Positions 8,088 through 15,873 of a stretch of 64,000 nt of DNA are shown in pieces. Source of the DNA: a virus (lineage: Duplodnaviria > Caudoviricetes); IMG/VR virus record IMGVR_UViG_2791354756_000002, positions 288 to 64,287 of that record; one strand, written 5' to 3'. The stretch's first letter is position 1. Each line of letters starts with the position of its first letter. Below the pieces are notes generated by a model. That model saw only the letters and a program-made list of their open reading frames with translations, was not told the DNA's origin and ran no database searches. A program made the translations under genes and the position numbers.

Positions 8088-8333
8088 ATGGCACAGTGGA
8101 CAACATCAGAAACAACAAGAGGCGGTGAAGCACTATGGCTCACACGCCTCGGTATACTCACATCAAATAGTGTTCGTAAGTATGGATTACCGTCAGGTAA
8201 TCAAACGCTGCAGGTACCTATACCTACACTTATGACGTTAGCTGATAACCTGTACGATGTTACGCATAACGATGTCACTGCGATAAAACCATCTGATCAG
8301 CCTCAATTTGTTGATGCTGTTGATGACGTTTGA
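8088..8333 (+). CDS. Hypothetical protein
   Basis: Only plus-strand ORF after an AT-rich intergenic gap; 3-prime end overlaps the convergent 8275-8601 gene. Confidence 0.35.
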   Translation: MAQWTTSETTRGGEALWLTRLGILTSNSVRKYGLPSGNQTLQVPIPTLMTLADNLYDVTHNDVTAIKPSDQPQFVDAVDDV

Positions 8334-8601
8334 TGAAATCGAGATATTTCTGCGCAAATATCTGATTCTCATCACCCACAACTATATACATGATGTTCCT
8401 GCTGGTAATCGCAACGGTAAACGTATGCGTATAATCAGGACTCATGCCTATAGGCATAAACTCAGTGGTAGGTTCTCCACGCATACTGTTATAGTTAACG
8501 GCGACAGGATTTTTCAGCACGACGCCATCATTGTTAACGTCACTGACGACCTCGCCAATAAAGTCAGGTCTATCGTTGGAAACCACAAACGCATAGTACA
8601 C
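8275..8601 (-). CDS. Hypothetical protein, possible Sm/SH3-like beta barrel
   Basis: FIGEVV...GVVLKNPV pattern; abuts the ruvC stop. Confidence 0.55.
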   Translation of the reverse strand: MYYAFVVSNDRPDFIGEVVSDVNNDGVVLKNPVAVNYNSMRGEPTTEFMPIGMSPDYTHTFTVAITSRNIMYIVVGDENQIFAQKYLDFIKRHQQHQQIEADQMVLSQ

Positions 8602-9150
8602 CTATAACACCTCCCGATAATTTTTGGCTAATGCCATCCTCTTTCTTAACATACTGCGATTAACGCATTTTTTGCACCCGTCCGCGAACGCGGCGAACAT
8701 CGCCAAAAAATACGCGTCGCATATATCGCTGGAGCATGTGTCACCCAGTCCTTCATCGTGTGCGTATTTACGCACCAGGTCCTTGCTTGCCTGGCCATTA
8801 CCTGTGGCAAAAGCCTTGTTTGTGGTTGGTGGGACTATATATATGATAGAGGCTATGTCGCTGAGAGCGTTTTTCAGTATGCCACCGTACTCAGCGAGGT
8901 CGTACGCCCTGTGCGCGGAGCCATACGAGTATCCCTCGTAGCCGCATACGCACCTGGCATTACCAATTTTGTTGAGCACAAAATCGACAAGTCCTGATAC
9001 TTGCACCCTGTACCGCGCAAAGCCCTTTTCCTTCCCCACAAACGTCCTGCCGTCCACTGCCCCTACAAGCTTGGCATTATTGTCTAAAATAGCAATGCCA
9101 GTATTGGTAATGGACGGGTCCACGCCAAGGTAATAGCTAGTACTGGACAA
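8602..9150 (-). CDS. ruvC: RuvC-like Holliday junction resolvase
   Basis: LGVDPSITNTGIAI, YEGYSYG, PTTNKAFATGNGQASKD, DICDAYFLA; probable TTG start at 9150. Confidence 0.88.
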   Translation of the reverse strand: MSSTSYYLGVDPSITNTGIAILDNNAKLVGAVDGRTFVGKEKGFARYRVQVSGLVDFVLNKIGNARCVCGYEGYSYGSAHRAYDLAEYGGILKNALSDIASIIYIVPPTTNKAFATGNGQASKDLVRKYAHDEGLGDTCSSDICDAYFLAMFAAFADGCKKCVNRSMLRKRMALAKNYREVL

Positions 9151-9349
9151 ACGCTCCTTCCTTGAAGTACCCGCGAGCTCCGCAAGTGAAGCAGTACCAG
9201 CCGCCTTCCGTGTCATCCTGATACCAGGCAGATGTTCCACACTTTCTGCACCTTTCTTCCGGTACTGCGCTTCTTGCCTTCTTCTCGATGTATCTTCTTC
9301 TAATATTATCGATGTGTCTCTTTCGTTCTCCTTTACTTTGATTCATCAA
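9137..9349 (-). CDS. Zinc-ribbon protein
   Basis: CRKC...CFTC with a basic N-terminus. Confidence 0.6.
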   Translation of the reverse strand: MMNQSKGERKRHIDNIRRRYIEKKARSAVPEERCRKCGTSAWYQDDTEGGWYCFTCGARGYFKEGAFVQY

Positions 9350-9425
9350 CTAAGTCAAGCCTCCTAAAACAATAAGCGAACTTAAACACAATTATTTCTA
9401 ATAATGTTTAAGTTCGCAAAATTGT

Positions 9426-10580
9426 TTAGGACGACAAACAGTCAAGAAATCTTCTTCTAAACTCTTCTATCCCAACAGAGTCATCTTTATAAAGTTTTGC
9501 ACATTCTATATGCTTGTTGTCCAAACCGTATTTGAATATCATACCATCTTCATTGAAATATCCGTCTTTTATCCTTACTGCTATCAAAAGCTTTGCAATT
9601 CTGTTGGCGAACTTGTCCTGAATCATTCTTGCATATGCCACGTATCCCTGCATAGCCATCATAAACTTTGTTGTGTAGACTTCCTCCTCATCTGCTATTC
9701 CACGAGGAAGTTCTCCGGTATCAGCAAAATACTTTTTTGCTTCCTCTGCCGTATTACCAACTACGGCATTCCAGAGTATGGCTCTTATGCGATCTCGCTT
9801 GACGCGACTTATATTCGCTACCTCGTTCAGCACGATACCCAGGAACTCCTGGTGTCTGGTCGGATGGTTGTTGCGAATACTGCTCCAGGAGTGCGTTCGA
9901 AACTCTCCCCTGGCAGCCGTTGTTTTCACGAACTCCTTGTACTCGTTGATAAAGTCGTTGCCTGGTTCCTCCTTGCAGAACAACACCAGATTGTCCGAAT
10001 ACCTGTAATACGTGTGTTCCACAGGGCAGTGATCCCTCAGCCACCTCACGATAGGCCGGTCAAAGTATCTGTTGCCCACGATGTTTGCCAGCGCCGGTGA
10101 GCACGCGCTGCCCTGCTGCAAGGACGAGAATCTTCCGTTCCAGATAGTACAATAGCTGGCTATCAACCTGGCGCCCCTGGCTATCATGCCGCAATCCATC
10201 AGCGCCTTCTCGATATGGGCATACGAAATGTTGTCGTAATAATGACGTATGTCCGTCTTGATCATAATAGCGCTGCCCTGACACACGGCAAGCTTTTCGG
10301 CCACGTTCACTCCGGGACGATAGGCGATGGCTACCTCGTTATACGGAAGGTCGTCCATCATAATATTAAACACCATGCCAAGTCGCCGCTGGATAACCGA
10401 CAACGGAGACTTGCTCGCGTACACGGTACGCTTGCCCACTTTGATCTTCCTGCGCAGGTCGTCCCGGAATTTCCTGGCGTAGGCCATGTGGTTGTTTTTA
10501 ATATGCAGCAGACTGCCCAACTCAGAGAAGTTATCAATGAGCTTCATCATCTGCGATGCTTCAGTACTCCTGAGCTTCAT
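9426..10580 (-). CDS. Retron-like reverse transcriptase with variant YSDN active site
   Basis: AIAYRPG (domain 2), KTDIRHYYDNI (3), LQQGSACSPALANI (4), YYRYSDNL (5; codons tat tcg gac aat), QEFLGIVLN (7) and a thumb; no maturase or endonuclease domain. Confidence 0.88.
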   Translation of the reverse strand: MKLRSTEASQMMKLIDNFSELGSLLHIKNNHMAYARKFRDDLRRKIKVGKRTVYASKSPLSVIQRRLGMVFNIMMDDLPYNEVAIAYRPGVNVAEKLAVCQGSAIMIKTDIRHYYDNISYAHIEKALMDCGMIARGARLIASYCTIWNGRFSSLQQGSACSPALANIVGNRYFDRPIVRWLRDHCPVEHTYYRYSDNLVLFCKEEPGNDFINEYKEFVKTTAARGEFRTHSWSSIRNNHPTRHQEFLGIVLNEVANISRVKRDRIRAILWNAVVGNTAEEAKKYFADTGELPRGIADEEEVYTTKFMMAMQGYVAYARMIQDKFANRIAKLLIAVRIKDGYFNEDGMIFKYGLDNKHIECAKLYKDDSVGIEEFRRRFLDCLSS

Positions 10581-10594
10581 CCTGTCTCACCTCC

Positions 10595-11146
10595 CTACAT
10601 ATAGCACAGATTTGCAAGCGTGGCCTCATCTACGAGGTCTTCCCTGTGGCTACCATTGTATATGGTCTCAATGTGCTTATCGAAAATGTAGTCATCAAAC
10701 CTGCTGTAGTTTTGACCAATCAGTATCCGTATCTCCGGCCTTGATGAAATATTACCGTACGACTGAAAAAGCGTGGTGACAAAGCGAACATTCTTGTCTA
10801 CCGGAATGGGAACATCACAGCCCTCCCTTTCGTATACAGGTACAACAATAAGCTGTCTGTCCTCATCATTACTGTGAACGATTTCCTCGCAGAAATGAAT
10901 GTTCTGATAATTTATCGCAGACATAATATTACTCGCTATTCCTCTTGGTACGACAACAAAGCTTCCGAACACGTCTATGAGTCTTCTTTTCAAAAACGGA
11001 TATGCCTTGATTGAGCATGTGTGAATTGTGGCTCTGCCATGTTTATTAAAATACCTGTTGTCCGATTTGTCGAAAACAAATGTGTGCAGTACAGCCTGCT
11101 GTACTGGAATGGAAATGGAAACTGTTCTGTACATGCAAACCTCCAT
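10595..11146 (-). CDS. Hypothetical protein immediately upstream of the RT (candidate partner)
   Basis: 14-nt gap to the RT start; first gene after the promoter motif at 11210. Confidence 0.7.
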   Translation of the reverse strand: MEVCMYRTVSISIPVQQAVLHTFVFDKSDNRYFNKHGRATIHTCSIKAYPFLKRRLIDVFGSFVVVPRGIASNIMSAINYQNIHFCEEIVHSNDEDRQLIVVPVYEREGCDVPIPVDKNVRFVTTLFQSYGNISSRPEIRILIGQNYSRFDDYIFDKHIETIYNGSHREDLVDEATLANLCYM

Positions 11147-11209
11147 TGTTATATTAACGCATACAGCGGTTTAACCTATTGTTAAGTTAAACAGCCATAC
11201 GTAACATTA

Positions 11210-11219
11210 CCTTATAACA
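11210..11219 (-). promoter_or_regulatory. Phage promoter motif heading the RT operon
   Basis: CCTTATAACA followed by ...AAAAATTTAAT on +. Confidence 0.65.
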
Positions 11220-11280
11220 CATAAACACCCCAAAAATTTAATGACAACTTTTTGTATACCCCTCTATAGCGGAGACACTT

Positions 11281-12288
11281 ATGATTAAAGATACACCAAA
11301 GATACAGGACCAGTACACGGACCGTTCCGGGGCCGTGCTCACAAAAATAGCCTCCAACCTTGCCAGCGAGGAGGAATTTCAACACGTTGTCGATACGCTG
11401 TACGCATTGCCAGAGCGCATGGACAAACTTGCTACTATCGCTACATTTCCCTGTGATACTCTTGAGGATACCCTTCTGAGCCGTGTCTACTTTGAAGGCC
11501 AGAAGCATTTGCTGAAGGAAGCCGAGGCTGCTGAAATCGACAAGCGCATCAGCGTTCGCGAAACCCTCTACGGTATCAATGCACCGCAGTTTGCCGAAGA
11601 GGAGCCTGCCGAGAAGACGGCTTCAGTAGAATTGCTTCCCGGCTTATCGGTAAGCACGCCAGAGGAGCTCGAAAAGCTTGGCGCCGACTTTGAGCAGAAC
11701 TACCGTCAGTTGAGCTATGATGATCGCAAGAGCTTTGCTACTGCCTACGCCAAGGTAGCTGAAGAGTTACCTACAAGTATCTCTCTGTATGCCGGTACCA
11801 ACATTCAGCTGCGCCCTGACGTTGCCGAACAGCTACACTACCGCAAGGTTGCCTGCGACATGGCCGGCAAAGATGGCAGCGCCTACTTGAAGCTTGCCGA
11901 AATGCTGAAGCAGGCTGATCCCGAAAGCTTTACAGACGAGAATCTCTCCAAACTTGCCGAGACTGTTTTCTCCCTGGACGAGCAAAACGGTCTGTCCGAC
12001 ATCTCCTATGACAAGCGCCTGCCAGACGCCTGGCACGCTGTTCTTAAGACAGCCGAGGATGGAGAAAGCGAGCTCTCTGATGAGCCCAAGCCTGTGTTGG
12101 ACAGATCCGACATTATCTCCCGCTTTGGCGAGGCCGCACTCGATGAAGTCGAGAATCCCGACGGCAGCATCAATCAGCAGCGTCTGCAACAGATTATGAA
12201 TCTTTTCGGTGAGCGTGAGGGTGAGGACGCCAGGAAATTCGACAAGAACGAAGCGGCAGTGCATGGGAAGACGCCCAATGGAGAATAA
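11281..12288 (+). CDS. Hypothetical acidic protein of the packaging/head module
   Basis: 335 aa, SD GGAG; first gene of the terminase operon. Confidence 0.75.
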   Translation: MIKDTPKIQDQYTDRSGAVLTKIASNLASEEEFQHVVDTLYALPERMDKLATIATFPCDTLEDTLLSRVYFEGQKHLLKEAEAAEIDKRISVRETLYGINAPQFAEEEPAEKTASVELLPGLSVSTPEELEKLGADFEQNYRQLSYDDRKSFATAYAKVAEELPTSISLYAGTNIQLRPDVAEQLHYRKVACDMAGKDGSAYLKLAEMLKQADPESFTDENLSKLAETVFSLDEQNGLSDISYDKRLPDAWHAVLKTAEDGESELSDEPKPVLDRSDIISRFGEAALDEVENPDGSINQQRLQQIMNLFGEREGEDARKFDKNEAAVHGKTPNGE

Positions 12289-12970
12289 TACCCCCTCAGT
12301 GACTAACGACGTACTACTGGGTTCTCACCCCATCGAGATCTACCTCGCCTGCGACAAGCTGTTCGAGGGCGAGCCCTGGCTGCAATGGGAACCGGAAACC
12401 CTCATCATGCAGTTGCGAAATGACGTGGACGACCTGGCCGAGGACAAGCTGCTTGCTGTACAGTCTGTAGCCTCCAACGCTACCGTTGTGCTCAACATGG
12501 CGTTATCGTTCGAGAAGGCTGTACTGGCCTTTAACAACTGCGTATGCGTCATGGACACCTGGCAGCCTCCGTACGTTGAAGAGCTGTGCTACGCTGTACC
12601 CCAAATACTCAAGATACTGAGGGCCGTGCATGGCCCCAACCACACCTTTGAGTTTGCAGGGGAAGTGCCCAACTATGTGGCGTCTGTCGCCAAATACCGT
12701 GGCTGGATAGCTCTGCCCAGGCGTCTCGACTTCGCTTCCGAGCTGCTCAACAGTATGAACGGCCTTACCGAAAAGTCCAAGCGGTACATCGAAAGCAAGG
12801 AACTGGTGGACGAAGTTCGCGAGGTGTATCGCGGCCTCGATAATCCTACTGCGGACGCCATCCTGAACAGCGAACAGTATAAGCAGCTGTCCAGGCCGGA
12901 ACAAATCCAGTTCGCAAAGATAGCTGGCGCACTCCTTTTCGACCCAACCATTCTCTATCGAGCCAACTAA
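12278..12970 (+). CDS. Hypothetical protein upstream of terminase
   Basis: Start reassigned to MENNTP at 12278, overlapping the previous stop. Confidence 0.7.
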   Translation: MENNTPSVTNDVLLGSHPIEIYLACDKLFEGEPWLQWEPETLIMQLRNDVDDLAEDKLLAVQSVASNATVVLNMALSFEKAVLAFNNCVCVMDTWQPPYVEELCYAVPQILKILRAVHGPNHTFEFAGEVPNYVASVAKYRGWIALPRRLDFASELLNSMNGLTEKSKRYIESKELVDEVREVYRGLDNPTADAILNSEQYKQLSRPEQIQFAKIAGALLFDPTILYRAN

Positions 12971-12994
12971 CCTGTATCGCAACAAACAAGCGTA

Positions 12995-14584
12995 ATGGAA
13001 GAACTGCAACTCGACATAACACGCTCCGAGGTAGCGGAACGCCTTTTGAGCCTGAACGGACAGCAGTATTCGCTCAGGGACTATCCCATGTTCGTGAACA
13101 TATTGAATAGCCCCTGGCCGAGGCGACTCATGCGCTCTGGCCGTCAGGTATCCAAAACAACGACAATGGGCGCTGACCTCACCATATCCGTTGTCGAAGA
13201 GCCCTACACTGCCTGTCTGTATTGCAACTCGTCCCAAGCGCAAACCAGAAGCTTTTCCAATAGCAAACTTGCGCCATTCTTACGGCAGTCGCCACTCATT
13301 TACCACACCTTCTTCAAAGGAAAGAGTGTGATAGACAATGTGTTTGAAAAGCGCCTGTCGAATTGCAGTTCCATTGAAATGAGCTACTTCTGTGATGTGG
13401 CTGACCGCGTACGTGGCAAGAGCGCGAGATCCATGTATCTGGACGAAGTGCAGGACATGCTCTGGGAAGCCATGATTGACGCTGAGGAGTGTCTCTCGGC
13501 GGCTGCTCACCCCAAGATCATGTACGCCGGTACCTCCAAGAGTACCATCACACCTCTTGAGGATCTGTGGCTCAACTCCACCAAGAAGGAATGGCTCATA
13601 CCATGCTCTGGTTGTGGCAGCTACAACAGGCCGGGACGCAAGAACATAGGCAAGCACGGGTTGATTTGCTCAAAGTGTGGCAAGGAGCTCAATACATACG
13701 ATGGCTTCTGGTACAGCTTTGCTGACACAGACAAGGAGCCAATGGTTGATGGCTACTGGATACCCCAGATTATCATGCCCATCCATTGCTGCTCCGCCGA
13801 CAAATGGAAGCGCCTGCTGGAGAAGCTGGAGACCTACCCTGACATCAAGTTTGACAACGAGGTAATGGGCTTGCCCAACGGTGAGGGAGACAGTCCCATT
13901 ACCGAAGAAATGCTCAGGAATATGTGCATCGATAGCCTGAAGATGTCCGATGAGCCAATACGCAGCATACAGGAATCCTACGATGGCTTTGTCGCGGGCA
14001 TAGACTGGGGTGGCGGTGGCGTTATGGGTACCAGCCGCACTACCCTGCACATCTATGCATATGGAACATCTCCTGCACGGTACACCTGCGTGTTTGGCCG
14101 AATATATGATGAGGGTGAACCTACACGACACGTTGAGGATATCGCCAGGATACTGCTGCGATACAACTGTGATGCTGTGTACGGTGACCATGGCGGGGGC
14201 AATTTCGCTATGTCCCAGCTACGCCAACTGGTAAGTGGGGCCATGCAGGTTGTTCCTGTCATGTATAGCGAAGCCTCTTCCCCTCTGAAGTGGAACGAGG
14301 CAGGCAAGTTCTTTACCGCGAACAGAACCACGGTTATCGACGAGTTCTTCGCCGACATGCAACGCAATCTGATACACGCCTACAACTGGGAAGAGTTTCG
14401 CCCCAGTGCCAAGGATATCCTCAACATTCGCCAGGTGTACATAGGTGAAGAGATAGGTAAACCAAGGCGCGTATGGAGACACAGTCAGCAGGCACCTGAC
14501 GACAGCCTGCACTCCATGGTATTCGGCTGGATTGGATGCAGGGTTATTACTGGCAGACTTGATTTTACAAGTAGTTTCACATAG
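12995..14584 (+). CDS. terL: Terminase large subunit (lambda gpA-like)
   Basis: RSGRQVSKTT (Walker A), YLDEVQD (Walker B), GTSK coupling motif, CSGC...CSKC zinc site, AGIDWG nuclease, PDDSLHS. Confidence 0.88.
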   Translation: MEELQLDITRSEVAERLLSLNGQQYSLRDYPMFVNILNSPWPRRLMRSGRQVSKTTTMGADLTISVVEEPYTACLYCNSSQAQTRSFSNSKLAPFLRQSPLIYHTFFKGKSVIDNVFEKRLSNCSSIEMSYFCDVADRVRGKSARSMYLDEVQDMLWEAMIDAEECLSAAAHPKIMYAGTSKSTITPLEDLWLNSTKKEWLIPCSGCGSYNRPGRKNIGKHGLICSKCGKELNTYDGFWYSFADTDKEPMVDGYWIPQIIMPIHCCSADKWKRLLEKLETYPDIKFDNEVMGLPNGEGDSPITEEMLRNMCIDSLKMSDEPIRSIQESYDGFVAGIDWGGGGVMGTSRTTLHIYAYGTSPARYTCVFGRIYDEGEPTRHVEDIARILLRYNCDAVYGDHGGGNFAMSQLRQLVSGAMQVVPVMYSEASSPLKWNEAGKFFTANRTTVIDEFFADMQRNLIHAYNWEEFRPSAKDILNIRQVYIGEEIGKPRRVWRHSQQAPDDSLHSMVFGWIGCRVITGRLDFTSSFT

Positions 14585-14594
14585 TTAAAAAATA

Positions 14595-14641
14595 TGGCGA
14601 GCAGTATGAAAACGCAAATGCGCTTTGCATACTGCTCGCCA
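14595..14641. terminator. Bidirectional terminator between terL and the ncRNA array
   Basis: 14-bp stem TGGCGAGCAGTATG/CATACTGCTCGCCA; the minus strand continues TATTTTTT. Confidence 0.8.
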
Positions 14642-14651
14642 CTTTGTAAAC

Positions 14652-15510
14652 CAGGTTTGATGCTATGCCGCGACGGAGGCGGAGCGAGGCTGTGCGAGCG
14701 TAGCGGAGGAGTGGGACTGCATTTCCACATAATGGTGGGGTTACCCCACCGTTGCTGTGAAGCAACATGAAACCTGATCTGAAAATTAAACCTCAACGAA
14801 TTGTGGTCCGATGCATGGTGCGTCGAGTCGCCTGTACGGCGTAGCCGGTAAGGCGTTCGACGAGACATGTATTACCATTGTGTGGTGGGGTTACCCCACC
14901 GTTGCTAAAGCACAACATGAGACCACAGAAAACCGTCGGTTACAGGGTTTGATGCGAAGGCTGCGATTCTATCTTCGTAGGGCTTGTCCCGGAGAAGTTA
15001 GAATGGCAGCGTGCAGCATTGCCAGATAATGGCGCGGTTACCGCGCCGTTGTTTTACAACCTGAAACCCTGTGTGCAAAGTCAGATACAATGAGTCGGGT
15101 GAACACTAACAGATTCGCAGGATCTGTTAGTGTTCGGCTCGACCGCATGGTATTAGCCATGAGTGGCGTGGTTGCCACGCCGCTGCTCGAAAGCAACATG
15201 AGACTTTGCGATTTTTGTCAAAAGGTCAGATACGTTGGTTACGCGGATGAGGGCCAGGAGGCGTAGCATCCTGGGCCTCTACGCGTCCGACGGTATTACC
15301 AATAAGTGACGTGGTTACCACGTCGTTACTGATGCGTAACATATGGCCTTTTGATTTTTTATCGATATTGAAGGTCAGATACGTTTTATGCACGCGGACA
15401 TGTGGCTCAAAAGCGTAGCGCATTGAGCCGCGTGTCCGCGTGGAGGGAAGTATTACCAATAGATGACGTGGTTGCCACGCCGTTACTGATGTGTAACATA
15501 GGACCTTCAA
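14652..15510 (-). ncRNA. Tandem array of six retron-like (a1-msr-msd-a2) structured non-coding units
   Basis: Units 14652-14776, 14802-14927, 14942-15072, 15075-15209, 15218-15354 and 15368-15510. Each is closed by its own 7-11 bp inverted repeat and holds two conserved covarying hairpins plus one long variable hairpin. Confidence 0.8.
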
Positions 15511-15519
15511 GTTTAAGTG

Positions 15520-15714
15520 TTAAACGCGTACCTTACCAATACTGATGATATGGTAAGCATTTACCGTGCATCGCTTATCAGCGTCTCGCACAATCTCCAG
15601 CCATGTGCCGTGACAGTGCACGACACCAACGAGGCACTGTGAATTGGTAGTGAATACCTTGCACCATTCCCCGTTGTATTTCTGCAGGAAGTCAGCATTG
15701 AACTCATCCGGCAT
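15520..15714 (-). CDS. Small Sm/Hfq-like protein
   Basis: 64 aa, SD AAAGGAG; FLQKY...CKVFTTNSQCLVGVV...WLEIV...CTVNAYHIISI follows the Sm1/Sm2 pattern of Hfq. Confidence 0.5.
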   Translation of the reverse strand: MPDEFNADFLQKYNGEWCKVFTTNSQCLVGVVHCHGTWLEIVRDADKRCTVNAYHIISIGKVRV

Positions 15715-15840
15715 GGCCTACTCCTTTCCTGCCAGGAACAACCACCAGATCAGAGTTAACGTTTGGTGTACGTCCTATATGCGCCAGCATGTAAGACGTA
15801 CACCATTTGTTTGACGTTAAATGCTAACCCCGTACAGAAT

Positions 15841-15855
15841 CATATCCTTATAACA
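15841..15855 (-). promoter_or_regulatory. Phage promoter motif heading the Sm-like ORF and ncRNA array
   Basis: CATATCCTTATAACAAAAAAGGGGGTCAAAAATTTAAT, identical over 38 nt to the copy at 56693. Confidence 0.75.
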
Positions 15856-15873
15856 AAAAAGGGGGTCAAAAAT

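Noticed and set aside
9426-10580. RT as DGR or group II intron RT
   Set aside because: No TR/VR pair with adenine-specific differences or avd-like gene was seen; there is no maturase/HNH domain or intron boundary, and it does not interrupt a gene.
14652-15510. CRISPR array interpretation of the six-unit array
   Set aside because: The conserved parts vary with compensatory changes, the variable parts are self-complementary hairpins, and each unit has its own closing inverted repeat; this does not fit repeat-spacer logic.
14485-15510. ORF-track ORFs over the array (14485-14868, 14577-14768, 14811-15029, 15226-15510)
   Set aside because: No SD, no protein-like composition, and they cross terminator and unit boundaries.
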